DNA of 63,367 nt, the filler included, from Octopus bimaculoides (taxonomy: Eukaryota), in NCBI RefSeq assembly GCF_001194135.2. It is 4 parts of 4 records of this genome, joined end to end, with 100 filler letters (N's around TTAATTAATTAA, not from the genome) between each part and the next. Parts side by side here need not be neighbours in the genome. Positions count along the whole stretch, not along the records: positions 27,683 to 55,488 come from NC_069006.1; 3 more parts are not named here. One strand, given 5' to 3'. The notes under the pieces were generated by a model. The model ran no database searches. It was not told the DNA's origin and was given only the letters and a program-made list of their open reading frames with translations. Made by a program: the position numbers and the translations under genes. Each line of letters starts with the position of its first letter. The stretch's first letter is position 1. This document shows, piece after piece, positions 28,251 through 42,972 of the stretch.

Positions 28251-29893
28251 TTAGATCTCAGCTGCGGGTTTTGAGTCGGGAATGTGAGCTTGATGTGTGA
28301 TATAGTTAGCCATTTTGTGGCAGTCGGAGCCCATCATGTTGGGTGGCGCCGACAGATTGTTCCCCACATATCCGGTGACTGACGGGGGCGCCATCTGTGT
28401 CATACCATGGCTTGTGCTTGATCCTTGCGATGATGAACTGTTCGCCGACGACGGGTGACTCGCAACAGATCCGGCTGGTGAGACCTTCATCTGCTGGCCC
28501 CCGTACGTAGGCGGCGCCCTCTGTTGCTGCTGTTGCTGCTGCATCATCATGATCTGCTGTGTTGGCGTTGGAGTCAGTGGCATCTGGTTGGGCACGTAGC
28601 CGTGAGGGGGCATCATCTGATTGGCCATAGGCACTGGTGGGTTATTCCCCTGCTGCTGGTTTGGCTCAGAATTGTTGCTGGAGCTTGTTAGGCCAGTTGT
28701 GGCTGTGGTATTGCTTGGGCCCACGCTGCTCTGATGGCTGGGTTGGCTGTGGGAACTTTGGTGCGTGCTGCTTGAATGAGCTGACTGACTCTGTGATATA
28801 CTCCAGTGAGGGTTTTGGTTCATTGCTTCCATTTTTATGGCACGCAGACGAGCATTAATTTCTCTGAAAGATGGACGGCGAGATGGGAGTTCATGCCAAC
28901 ATTCTACTTTCAAGGCATAAATGTGTGCGTTGCAGTTTTCCGGACAACGTAGTATCTGTCGTGAGCGAATCATATCGATAACTTCCTGGTTCGAATATCC
29001 ATAGTAAGGCTGGAGGCCATAACTGAATATTTCCCACAGAACAACACCAAATGACCAAACATCACTCTCAGTCGTAAATTTTCCATAGAGGATTGATTCC
29101 GGAGGCATCCAGCGGACTGGAAGCAGAGATTTGCTCTGGACGCGGTAGTAATCAGATGAATAAATGTCTCGCGAAAGACCAAAGTCGGAGATCTTCACGG
29201 TGAGTGCATCTCCGACGAGGATATTTCTTGCTGCCAAATCTCGGTGAACAAAATGATGATTCGAAAGGTATTCCATTCCTGAAGCAATTTGGATTGCTAT
29301 GTGCAGCATGTCCAAGTAGTCTAAGACCCGGTTTCCTTCTTCATCAATTCCTGTTATGTCCGAATGCGGCGAATGCGTGATCAAATACTCATGCAGGTCT
29401 CCTTGACTCATGTATTCAAACAACATGCACATCGGCTCCTGTTTCATGCACACACCCAGCAGGCAGACTATGTTCGAGTGTCGCATCTCCGACATCAAAT
29501 CCACTTCTCTTCGGAAATCGTTTTGCACTTTTGGAGATGCGTTCTCTTTGAGAGTCTTTATCGCAACTTTTGTGACAGAGTTTTCACTGAACAATCCAAC
29601 CAGTTCGCCTTTATAAACTTTGCCAAATGCTCCTTCACCTAGTTCTTGGATGAAACGTATGTTTTGCATGAAAAATTCTCTGGTTCTCATGTTAGATTTT
29701 GCTGCCAAAGGGCTCAGTTCCATTGGTTGACCTTGACGCTGTGATGCCTTATCACTAGTTCCTTGGTATCGGTTGTGGGATCGCTGACAGAAGCATACCA
29801 GTGCTAACAGAAGAACGAGAGCTAAAGGTACAGTGATTCCTGGGACGAGGATGAACATCAGCTTGTTCACATCTTCAGTAATACCATGTGGGC
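28251..29893 (-). CDS. Ror: Ror terminal exon: juxtamembrane, TM, tyrosine kinase, S/P/Q-rich tail, stop
   Basis: TTGCAG acceptor, phase 1. [27 protein letters not shown]; [47 protein letters not shown]. Confidence 0.97.
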
Positions 29894-32800
29894 CTGCAAT
29901 TAGATAAGAAAGACAAGTTAAGATATGGAGACAATATGGTCAAGATATGAATTTGATAAGGAATAAGAATAAGTTAAGGAAAAAAATTATGGCCTTCTAA
30001 AATTAAACAATCTCATCACTGAAATCCCAAAGCTACGAGATAATGTGTAATTCAAAACAATGTGATTAAATAAGCATTGCATTTAACAAAGTAATCTGAA
30101 TGCTAAAGGATTAGGGATCAAATTTAAATCAGCCAGGCTCAGATATTCGACCCATTTTGTGATTCAAACCAACCAGATCCAGCCTCTCATATCTACCCTG
30201 TAATGTCCTTCTAAAATTGAACAATCACATCATTGAAATCTCAAACCTATGAGATAATGCATTAAAAACAATGTGAATAAGTAAGCATGATATTTGACAG
30301 AGTCTGAATTCAAACAGACTTATGATCAGAAACATTCTTGCAGTGACCACCCCCCACGAAACGACACAAAAGTGAAATGGGTTGGATAAGTGTACTTACA
30401 TTTGCTGATGTTACATTCTTCCTTAACCACTGAGCTTTCGGTCGTGTAGCACCAAGGAGTATCCAGAACTCCACCTGGGTTGCGGCAGTAATTGTGTCCA
30501 CCTCCTGCAAATTGAAAAGATAAAACAAACAATTAAATATGAAACTGATTAGTAAAAGAAATGAACAAGTAACATATATGCGATGTGTGTGTGTGCTGTA
30601 TGTGTACACTCTGAAGGTGCATGCCTACTGGTTAGGGTGTTGGATATATGATCATGGGGGTCATGATTTCAATACTCAAACTAAGTAGCATGTTGTGTTC
30701 TTGAGCAAAACACTTCATTTCATCACTTGAAGGTAAACAAGTGATGTAATAGCACTGCTAACACATTGGAGCACAGTAACGACTTATCAAAATGCTTAAT
30801 ATACTTGGTAGTATGTTATAGTTGCATAGCAAAATCCTGTTTCCAAACAAGGTAATATTTCCCCATGGCCAGACATGTTTCTCATGGAAGACTAGAAATG
30901 ATCATTGCTTTTATGATAGTGCTGCTTGTGTACAGCCATCATGTGAATAATAAAAGTAATTTCATTTGGGCGTCAACCTTGGTATTTACTCTATTAAGCA
31001 AGTAATTTATTATGCATAGTTCTGAAGAGTTGAACTTTGATGTAAGTGAATGACACCTCATGAATTAATAGTGGCATATATTGCATAATATAGCAATATC
31101 CATGAGATTGAATTTAGATGAAACAATTGTAAACTGATGTAATAAGAGTTTGCTCACTCTGTTCTTGTTTATAATCACACACACAAACACACACACGATC
31201 TGCTGTTTTAAAAAGTTAAAGTAGAGTACTTACGGAGTTCTGGATAATCCGTTGAACTATAAGGGTGATTATGGGGATAATGGGTATTCCAAGATTGGCA
31301 CTTCCATCCTGATTTTGTCTTTGACACTTTTCCTTGGTAAGTGCTGCCTTTGTTTGTATAACAGTTGATATCAATGTCTAGAAGGAAAGAGAAGAAACAA
31401 AACATGAAAACTCAGATAAAAGGGGATTTATATTTTGCAGAGACAAGGACTTAATTTTGTGATAAGGAAAAAGTCTGTTAGATTGATTTCTAATCCTTGA
31501 ATAGTATGTTATTTTAATGCCTCTAGAAGCATGGAATGGTAGTGAAATTGCTGGCCTTGTGCCAAAATTTGAAACTATTATTGTTATGATTATAATGTGG
31601 CAGAATTGTTAGCATACTGGGCGAAATGATTAGAGGTAGTTTGTCTGTGTTTATGTTCTGAGTTCACATTTCATTGAGGTCGACATTGCTTTCTGTCCCT
31701 TCGGGGTTGATAAAATAAGTACCAGTTACCAGTTGAACACTGTAATCAACTTAACTACTCTTGGGTATAAGTCGTTGTCATCGTTTAACATCCACTTTCC
31801 ATGCTGGAATGGGTTGGACAGTTTGACTGAAGACTGGTGAGCCAGAGGCTACACCAGGCTCCAATCTGATCTGGCAAAGTTTCTACACCAGGATGTCCTT
31901 CCTAACACCAACCACACTGAGAGTGTAGTGGGTGCTTTTACAAACTTTTTACGTGCTTTTACAGGCGTTTTAGTAGTTTCTGGTGTCTCCAAATTAAGTA
32001 ACGAACTGTTTTCATCATTGATATAATCTTAATTAAAATATTTTGATTTACTTAAGCAAATAAGCTAGCAACTAATTTCCAAAATGTCCATGTCTAGATA
32101 AAGAACAGACAATTGCTTGTTATTATTATTATTATTTTGTTCATTTTTTTTTTCACAGAATAAAATAAAAAAAAATAATGCAAAAAAATGAAGAAATGGT
32201 AAAAAAAATTAATGTCTACAAAGCTGGCAGCAAAACAATAAGGCAAACATAAAGAAAAATAAAACAAACAAACAAACAAAAAAACGTAATACTTTTAAGC
32301 ATTGGAAGTAGCAAGTACAATATACAGGCAAACATGCATGCATACATATACACACACACATATAAATACATATATATATATATACATATAACATATACAT
32401 GCATATATATAACATATATATATATATATATATATATATACATGCATATATATATATAACATATATATACATATAAATATATACATATGTAAGTATATAT
32501 ATATATATGATTGGCCGTTGACTGGACACTATTCAATTTTTTTTCTCCATTTTTTTTTTTTNNNNNNNNNNNNNNNNNNNNNNNNNNNNNNNNNNNNNNN
32601 NNNNNNNNNNNNNNNNNNNNNNNNNNNNNNNNNNNNNNNNNNNNNNNNNNNNNNNNNNNNNNNNNNNNNNNNNNNNNNNNNNNNNNNNNNNNNNNNNNNN
32701 NNNNNNNNNNNNNNNNNNNNNNNNNNNNNNNNNNNNNNNNNNNNNNNNNNNNNNNNNNNNNNNNNNNNNNNNNNNNNNNNNNNNNNNNNNNNNNNNNNNN

Positions 32801-33228
32801 NNNNNNNNNNNNNNNNNNNNNNNNNNNNNNNNNNNNNNNNNNNNNNNNNNNNNNNNNNNNNNNNNNNNNNNNNNNNNNNNNNNNNNNNNNNNNNNNNNNN
32901 NNNNNNNNNNNNNNNNNNNNNNNNNNNNNNNNNNNNNNNNNNNNNNNNNNNNNNNNNNNNNNNNNNNNNNNNNNNNNNNNNNNNNNNNNNNNNNNNNNNN
33001 NNNNNNNNNNNNNNNNNNNNNNNNNNNNNNNNNNNNNNNNNNNNNNNNNNNNNNNNNNNNNNNNNNNNNNNNNNNNNNNNNNNNNNNNNNNNNNNNNNNN
33101 NNNNNNNNNNNNNNNNNNNNNNNNNNNNNNNNNNNNNNNNNNNNNNNNNNNNNNNNNNNNNNNNNNNNNNNNNNNNNCATCAACACAGCAATTTTGTCTT
33201 ACCTTATCATCAGCTGACAAGACACTCA

Positions 33229-33275
<47 letters not shown>

Positions 33276-33846
33276 GAAAAGAGCATATCTATGGTGTAGA
33301 TATGTATGTATATTGTTGCATGCAAAAATATATATATAAACTAAAAATAGGAATACCTTTCCAATATGTCATATGTCTGTGTCTGTTGTCTGGGAGTGCA
33401 AAGGAAAGATACAAAAATAAACAAAAAAACAAACAATCAAAACAAAGAAACAAAAAAAACCCCTCAAAAATAAACATAGCTTTCACCACTTTGTATTAGT
33501 AGATGATGATAATGATGATGGTGACCTTTTGTAGTTATATCCATAATGTAATGAAGATTTTCTTCACAATGGCTCAAGGCCTAAAACTTAACAGGGTTCT
33601 TGCAGAGAGATAATCGAGAAAATTTACTATTCCTCTTTACTCTTTTACTTGTTTCAGTCATTTGACTGCGGCCATGCTGGAGCACTGCCTTTAGTCGAGC
33701 TAATCGACCCCAGGACTTATTCTTTGTATTCTTAGTACTTATTCTATTGGTCTCTTTTGCCGAACTGCTAAGTTACGGGGACATAAACACACCAGCATCG
33801 GTTGTCAAGCGATGTTGGGGGGACAAACACAGACACACAAACATAT

Positions 33847-33880
<34 letters not shown>

Positions 33881-36800
33881 TTTAAAAAAAAACATTGACC
33901 ACTAACATGGACAATTAATGTGTTAGAAATAGATCACATCTTGTGTCTGTTAATTAATGTGATTAATTACCAGATTTTATAATAATNNNNNNNNNNNNNN
34001 NNNNNNNNNNNNNNNNNNNNNNNNNNNNNNNNNNNNNNNNNNNNNNNNNNNNNNNNNNNNNNNNNNNNNNNNNNNNNNNNNNNNNNNNNNATATATATAT
34101 ATATATATATATATATATACGACGGGCTTCTTTCAGTATCCGTCTACCAAATCCACTCACAAGGCTTTGGTCAGCCCGAGGCTATAGTAGAAGACACTTG
34201 CCCAAGGTGCCACGCAGTGAGACTGAACCCAGAACCATGTGGTTGGTAAGCAAGCTACTTACCACACAGCCACTCCTATGCCCGCAACAAAATTATTTCT
34301 TCCCCACCACATTTTCGACATTGATGAGTTGGGAACTAAGGAACCAATGGGGTTAAACCAGGGATTTTTCACCATTCTTTTATCTATGGACCCCTTTGAT
34401 TACTATGTTATTCCGGTGGACCCCTCACAACCATTCTATGTTTAAAAACCAGTTTTACAGAAACTTCTTCCAAAATTTCTATTTTGCTTTTCACGCATTA
34501 ACTTGGGTTGAACTACGTAAAATGAAACCAGGCTGTTTCTTGCAATACGTAAATCTAAAGCATAATTTCTTCAGGTTCTCAACCATTTTTTACCTTTGGA
34601 CTTCTTTGATTACTATTCTATTCTGGTGGACCTCCATCGCCTTTCTATGTTTAAAAACTAATTTTATACAAACTTCTTTCAAATCTCCTATTTTGTTTTG
34701 TTACCCATTTCCTTGTGTGGGTTGAACTATGTAAAATATGATCTGGCAACCGAGAGGGGGTAAGTGGCTTTATGTGAGGTGCTGAAATGAGTGATAGTGA
34801 GATAAGCACAGGTGTCTTGTTACAGGGGATATACACGACCACCCTGCATCATGCAAACATATATATATGTAAACATAAACACAAATATATGATACATACA
34901 CGTGTACTTCAAATGTCATTCATGGCACATGCTCGTTCTCTGGTTGTGCTTTTGAGAAAAACTTTTTTCATTCCAATCAATACTGAATAAACTTTCATAG
35001 CATTAAAACACATTTCAAGACATGCTTAGAATTAACAAAAAAACCAACAAGAACCAAAACAAAACAAAACACTAGCAATCATTAGAATAACAGATCAAAG
35101 CTAGAACGCTCATCTCCTGTGTTATGGAATGGTTTGTAGAGGACTTATTCTTTTATTCTGTTGTAGGTTGAATTTTTAGATAAAATTTTTAACCCTTTAG
35201 CACTTAGATTTCTGTGTCAATTATAAGGCTTATTTTATTTATTCACCTTGTTTTGAATTCATCATGCAGTATCTCATAGTGTTGAGATTTCAATGATGTG
35301 ATTGTTTATTTTTTAGAATGACACTGTAAGGTAGGTGGGAGAGGCCAGATCCGGCTGATTTAAAAGCTAAATAATATGATTTAGTGAAAGGTGAGCATGC
35401 AGCTCCCTTCAAGCCTTTTCATTTAGTTATCCAAGACAAGAAAGAAATCTTCTTTGGACTAGAGACCTAGAGACAGCATGTGCTGTGTGTGACACCAGAC
35501 TTGATAAAAATACTGTATGGCATGCTCTCAGCACATGAAACTAATAGTAGCACATAAAAACATACATGGCTCAATGGTTAGAGCGTTGGGCTCACAATCA
35601 TGAGGTTGTGAGTTTGATTCTTGGACCAGGCTGTGTGTTGTGTTCTTTGAGCAAAACACTCTATTTCACATTGCTCCAGTCAACTCAGCTGTAGAAATGA
35701 GTCACTGGTGCCAAGCTGTATCAGCCTTTGCCTTTCCCTTGAATAACATCAGTGGCGTGGAGAGGGGAGGCTGGTATGCATGGGCGACTGCTGGTCTTTC
35801 ATAAACAACTTTGCCTGGACTTGTGCCTCGGAGGGGAACTTTATAGGTGTAATCCCATGGTCATTCATGACCGAAGGGGTCTCACCATCTATAATGACAC
35901 TACATTATGTACATACTGGATGACACTATATAAGCTGCAATTACTTTTGTTTCAGCACATGATCTCAGATCAGGTCACTTGCTATGCAAGTACATCTCTG
36001 AAATTAAAATGTAAATTATCTATTCACCATAAGGGCCATACGGAGGAAACGCTTCCACAATTTGGTCATATAATCCTATTCAGTTTGGTGAACTCTGAGA
36101 TTTTCTGCCGACACTGACTACCACCCTTGAATTTATTATTTCGGACTCTGGGAGTGTTTTGTTTTGTTAAGTAATAACATAGTTTTAGTAATAACACAGC
36201 AAAAAAAAAAAAATAGAAAACCTTAAAATACAAAAGCCCATGTTACTAGTAGTTTCAAAAGGATAGCAAACTAGTTGAGTACCTATTGTCAAACATTACC
36301 ATTTCTATTTCTCAAACAATGCTTGACAAAAGATACTTCATCACTTTGAGTGCCCTCAAAACTAATAACAACATGGACTGAAAAGATGCTGTAATTCTAA
36401 AAGGTGCGGTGATTTACTTTATGCTCATCATATTCGGTGTTGTTCATGCTGACATACAAACATACTTTGTAATTGTATATTTACACACACACACACACAC
36501 ACACACAATTATATTTCTCTCTCTCTCTGTATGGCATATATATCATCATCAACATTTAATATCCATTTTCCATGCTAGCATGAGCTGAACAGTTTGGCAG
36601 AAGTTGGTGTGCCACAAGACGGTACCAGGATTCACTGTCTGTTTTAGTAAGGTTTTTACAGCAGGATGCCATTCCTAATATGAACCACCTTACAGAGTGG
36701 ACAGTTGTTTTTTTTTGTATGTGGCACCAGCACTAGTGGAGCCTGTTTTGGCATGGTTTTTACAGCTTGATGCCCTTCCAAATGCCAACCACATTACAGT

Positions 36801-36919
36801 GTGGACTGGATGCTTTTTACACACCACAAGTGTAATCTTAGAATTGCATGGAGCTAATAATATATGTAAGCCCTGACAAAATATGTTGAGTGTTACTTTC
36901 TGTTGCTTGACCACTTGTG

Positions 36920-36980
<61 letters not shown>

Positions 36981-38196
36981 GTTAGAAAGGTCATCCAGCT
37001 GTGGAAACCATGCCAATGCATACATGGAACCTGAAAAGCCTTCACCTAGTCAGCTTCTGTCAAACCATCGAACCCATGCCAGCATGGAAGAGACGGACAT
37101 TAAATGATGATGATGGTGATATATACACACAGATACACACGCACATGTAGGTATATACATACAAACATGTAGATAAATGGATTGTTTTCATTTTCTTACC
37201 GCATCGAGGGATGTCACATCTTTCCTTCTTCACTTGACTGTTTAAGGTAAAGCACCAAGGAGCATGGTCAGTGTTTCCGGGGTTACGGCAGTAGTTATGA
37301 TCTCCTAAGAAAAGAAGAGGACATTCAATACTCAATCGTTTAATGTGTGCGTGTGTCAGTGTATCCATGTGAATGTGTTTATAACAGACATTGTTTTCTT
37401 GATTTGTGTTGCTGTTTTGCTTCAGGTCAGCACTGATCGAAATACACCCACCCCCATTAATCCAGCCATTCATCTTCTCTGCCCACTTTTTCTGGGAGTT
37501 GTGGTGGTGCGGTAGTGCCCTCAAGAGCTTCCTCCCAATAGGGTCCTATCAGAAGCAACCACCATAACATTTTCTGACTGGATTTCCAAGTATGATAAAC
37601 CAAGATAATGGATATTATCCAACAACCTCATTCTTGGTTTACCCCAAGTCTCATACCAGTTGGCTTGCCTTGAAGGAATTCATGATTCTTTCCTGTGACA
37701 TTCTAATCACAAGTCACTTGTACAAGAGCTGTGACCTCTCAATGAGAAGTAACAGTCTGACCCTGAGAGGCTCCCTGATCTCTAGGCTAAGTACCCTGTT
37801 GAGTAATCTTGCTCCAAAGATCCTTTGGAGGGGAACCCCATTTTGGCTGTTTGTATTCATGACTTTACTCTCTCAGTCATCACCCAACATTCATGATCAT
37901 AGCTGGGAAAACCCAAGCTGAAGATAGTGAGTTTGGTCTTTTTATAAACAGCTCTTCTGAGGGTCGAATGCTGTAGCTGGGGCATTACTGCTCCAGAGAG
38001 ACAGAAGGTCTTATGAGATAAAATATGAGAAAGCTACTTACCCAGCTCTGGGTATTGGGTGGGTTTGAAGTGATGAAGGTGGGGGTTATTTGAGCTCCAC
38101 TTCTGACACTCGTGACCAGAACGAGTTCGACTAATCATTCCTCTGTAATTACTTCCGCTGCCATTGTAACAACTGTGTTCTGTAACTATAATGAAA

Positions 38197-38257
<61 letters not shown>

Positions 38258-39481
38258 TGCTCACTCAAATACATATATAGATATGTTAGAAAAACACAAA
38301 GAAAATGCTTTGAGAATTTGATCATAGATAAAAGAAGAAATATTTATTTTAAAAAATTTATTTGAATTTATTTCTCCCTTTTATTTCAGCATGACTATAT
38401 TCTCTTTTTAAGCAACTGAAACAAGTAGCACTTGTCACTGTTTGTTGCTGGAATCAAACCCCATTGATAAATTAACAAAGACAAATGTACTAAGCTCAAA
38501 CATAGTTATGTCTTTAATGTAACACACACACACACATACACACACAGCCTCTATGTTAACTTCCATTCCACGTACCTCTGGTAGCATTGCGGACACCGAT
38601 TTCAATGCAATTTGCAGCTTCTTTAGTTCCAACTGGGGCTAAATTTTCACATTTTGGTAGCAATTTTTCTCCTGAAATAAGAAATAACAAAAACATACAA
38701 ATATAAATAAAAGTATTTTTTTTCTTCATGATTATTTTTATAAAAACAACAAAAAAAAATGATATGGCTCAAAAACTGACGAAGGCCGTTCATCATTTCT
38801 TTTCAATCGACAAAGAAATTGTTAAATTTGCTATGTTTCTTTTATGTCTATGATGTAAGTTTACATCAATTATATCATACCTTGATACTGTGAAAACAGG
38901 GTTTCCTATAGACAAACCCCTGGTATTAAATGAGTTACACACTTATGGCATGCAAATTAGCTCCAGTTCTACGAACCTGTTGAATTTGATGCATAAAACA
39001 TAGTAAATGTTTTTATTTTCATTCCCTTCGAAATTACTCTTAACTGTGGTTTGGATTTTTTGACTGTTCTTTCTAGTATGTTAGGCAACCTGTTTACAGG
39101 CTCACCTCTTTGTGTTTAAATGTACACTAATTTATATACACACACACACACGGTAAAGACCCCTTTGGTCATGAATGACCATGGTATTACACCTGGAAAG
39201 TTCCCCTCCTATGCACAAGTCCAGGTGAGGTTGTTTCTGGAAGACCTGCAGTCACCCATGCGTACCAGCCTCTCCTCTTCATGCCATAGATGTTATCCAA
39301 GGGAAAGGCAAAGACCGATACAGCTTGGTACCAGTGACATTGCAGCTCATTTCTACAGCTGAGTGAACTGGAGCAACATGAAATAAAGTGTCTTGCTCAA
39401 GAACACAACACACAGTCCAGTCCAGGAATCGAGCTATCTCATGATTGTGAGCCTGACGCTTTAACTACTGTGCCATGTGCC

Positions 39482-39523
<42 letters not shown>

Positions 39524-42500
39524 AACAAACAGATTGGCTATTTGTTTCTCTGGGATTGGTCAAGTGATGTGGGCACATCTGATGAGACCACAATAAGGGT
39601 CAAAGATCAATGAAGGCTGTTTGTCTATTTTTTTCAAGCAATGGAAAACTAGGTTACTTTGCCATATTTGTATGTCTACAATGTAAGTTTATATACATAA
39701 TTTGAGGAAAAATTAGCTCCTATTTCTTGCAGGGTATGCCTTGGATGACACACAGGACAATGTCTGGGAAAAAGACAAGGTGGTCATGTCTTGAACACTT
39801 CTGATCATAATTCTGCTTGAATATGACTGACCTGGGGTTAAACATATAGCAATGACCTTGAGAACTTCTATTTTGGCCACTCAGCTTATTTGAAATAGCA
39901 GCCAAATATTCCTCAAATCACAGCCTACCATTTCAAAGAAGCAATATGAACACCAGGAATAATGTTGTCCTAGATACACTATGCTTTTGATAAGTTAGAA
40001 TGGTCATAGGTCTGCATAATAAGCTATTTTGGTCACACGACCTACTAGAAATAGCAGCCAAATATTCCCTTTAAGGCGGTGCTCCAGTATGGTTGCAGTC
40101 AAATGACTAAAAAAGATAAAAGAATATTGTACCTATAAGTGGATGACCTTTAGCCATTTTGTATTCGTTTTTGCAAATGTCTTCTCTTAAGATTTTGCAT
40201 TCATCTTTGCAAAGGAGCCGGGGCTTTGGTATGGCACTGGTTTCGTCACACAATGGGAAAGCATGATAGCACAATGACAGTATTGCAAACTGCTGACACC
40301 TGGGGGATAAGTCTGTTGACTGACCAATCATAGTTACAGCGACTGGAAGAAACAATACAGAAACGATTATATATATAAATGGAAGTCTGAAAAGAAAATA
40401 TATATATATATATAAATAGGCGCAGGCATGATTGTGTGGCAAGAAGTTTGCTTCTCAATTACATGGTTCCGGGTTCAACCCCACTGCGTGGTACCTTGGG
40501 CAAGTGACTTCTGCTATGGTATGGGACTGACCAAAGCCTTGTGAGTGGATTTGGTAGATGGAAACTAAAAGAAGTCCAGGTGTTGAGCCGGCAGAATCGT
40601 TAGCACGCCGGGCGAAATGCTTAGCGGTATTTTACCTGTTGCTACGTTCTGAGCTCAGGTTCCACTGAAGTCAACTTTGCCTTTCAACCTTTCAGGGTTG
40701 ATAAATTAAGTACCAGTGAAATACTGGGGTCGATGTAATCGACTGACCCCATCCCTCGATACTCCAGGCCTTGTGTTTATAGAAGAAAGGATTATTATTA
40801 TATAAAAGAAATCATTATTATTGCAGCGTAGAAGGTGTTTATAAGCCATTTAAAATAACACACAAAAACCGTTAGATTCACTTCAACATTTAAATTTAAT
40901 TTGCCAAAATATTTTCGTCGCTTTGAGACCGTGACCTGTTCACTGACAAAATTCAGTGCTGCATCTGAATTTTATCAGTGAACAGGTCCACGCTGCAATT
41001 GTTTTCGTTCCAGCATATGATCTCAGATCAGGTCACTTGCTATGCAAGTACATCTCCGTAAATCATTATTATTATTATTGGTGAGAAAGTGCTGATTGTT
41101 GAATGGGCTTACCAGTGTAGACTTTTTCAGTTTCTACCAGACCGTTCTTATTCGCTACGTAAACACTCTTATTGGCCAGAAACTTTGCACACGGAGTTCC
41201 ATGGTAATCAAAGCAGGAACCTTGATTGTTTCTGGGGGAAAATAAGAGAGAAATGGTGGATTAGATGAAACGAGGATGATGATGAGATAACAATTAAGAT
41301 AAAGTTGATTAGATGAGGTGATATTGAAATATTGTGAATATAATGAAAGTAGGAGGAAACTTTTCAAATAGAAATAAAGTGGAAGTATAGAAAAAATGAA
41401 CATTATTTTCCCCTCTTACTGTTTTGTTTCGTTTTGAAAGATAAAAACTTATTTTATGGTTTGTTATTGTTTATATCTTGAATCACATAATCTTTTATGG
41501 GGACACCAAAATCTTTGAAGTGCTAAGGGCCTTAATGGGTCTTAACCTGGCCCTGCTTAACAATAACAGTTACTCACTATGTCTGACCCCCATCCATTCA
41601 GTATTGTGGGGATTAGGGGTGTGAGGAAGGAATATGCAAATTTAAGACGTTGATTCAAAGGAGTGGAAACAACTCAAGTGCACTTACTGTTCTTCTGAAC
41701 TGGAACCAAATGGTGTGGAAGGTGTCTGCCTTCCGGAGGAATCTGTGAAGTAAAATAAATGAATAAATAAATAAAATAAAACGTGGATACACACACACAC
41801 ATATATGCTTATATATATATATATAATTTATTTTTTTATAAGAGACCCTAGATCCCCTGATCTGCTCCCACTCTTGATTTCTATCTTTGGGGGCATTTGA
41901 AAGGCATGGTGTATCGCGGAAAGATAAAAGACTTAAATCATTTGAAGGAACGCATCACCGACTCATTTGCACACATATCACCAGATGTGCTATTACGAGT
42001 TTCACATTGAGTTGGGTAAACATATTGCAATGTGTATTCAAAACAATGGTAACCATATAGAGCCTGTTAAATAATAAAAACTGTTCTTATAAACTGTTTC
42101 TTATAAAAAAAAAAATGGTTCCTATGTATGGCGACTTGAATCACCCTGTATATATGTATGTAAGCATGTATGTATAGATACGTATGTATGTATGTATATA
42201 TGTACAAAAAAAAAAAAGGGAGTGAATGTTTAAATATATTGCCCCTATTTCTTTAAGGGAATAATTTTAAGTAATTATGCTCCAAAGTAAAGATTACTCA
42301 CCTGGAATACGATCGATCATCTTTTTGGTAGAAATTTCTGGAAAGTAAAAAATGTGAAATTAGTAATGATGAAAATAATGATGATGATGATGATGATAAT
42401 GCAAAGGATAACTGTTATTTTACTAAATTCTTTGTTTTAAATTAATTGAAAGAAACCCAGAGCATCTCAAAATAAATGTTAACGAAAGGGTTTCAGTAAA

Positions 42501-42550
42501 GGGGAGGAGGCACGATTATTATATTTACCCAATTCTTGACTGGTACTTAC

Positions 42551-42586
<36 letters not shown>

Positions 42587-42749
42587 TCTTTCTTTCTACT
42601 AAAGGCACAAGGCCTGAAATTTGGGGGAGGAGTATAGTCGATAGCATCTACCCAGTACTCAACTGGTACTTATTTCATCGACCTCGGTGGAATTTGAACT
42701 CAGAATGTAAAGACAGACGAAATGCTGCTAAACATATCGCCTGGCATAC

Positions 42750-42795
<46 letters not shown>

Positions 42796-42937
42796 CCATA
42801 TTTACCGTCTTTGACGCGAAGTCTACCAGTGGTGTTTTTTTGTCCAAAACGGTTGGAAGCGATACACAGGAACAATCCCGAATCTTTTGGACTTACATCG
42901 AGAATTTTTAACCTAGAGAAAAAGAAAACAATGACCA

Positions 42938-42972
<35 letters not shown>

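Noticed and set aside
37520-38010. Decayed sequence possibly from a LINE endonuclease region
   Set aside because: I could not recover a convincing motif in any frame.
39578-39612. CTGATGAGACC-ACAATAAG-GGTC-AAAG hammerhead-like core
   Set aside because: The G of GAAA is missing and no convincing stem I, stem III or cleavage triplet is present; at best a dead relic.
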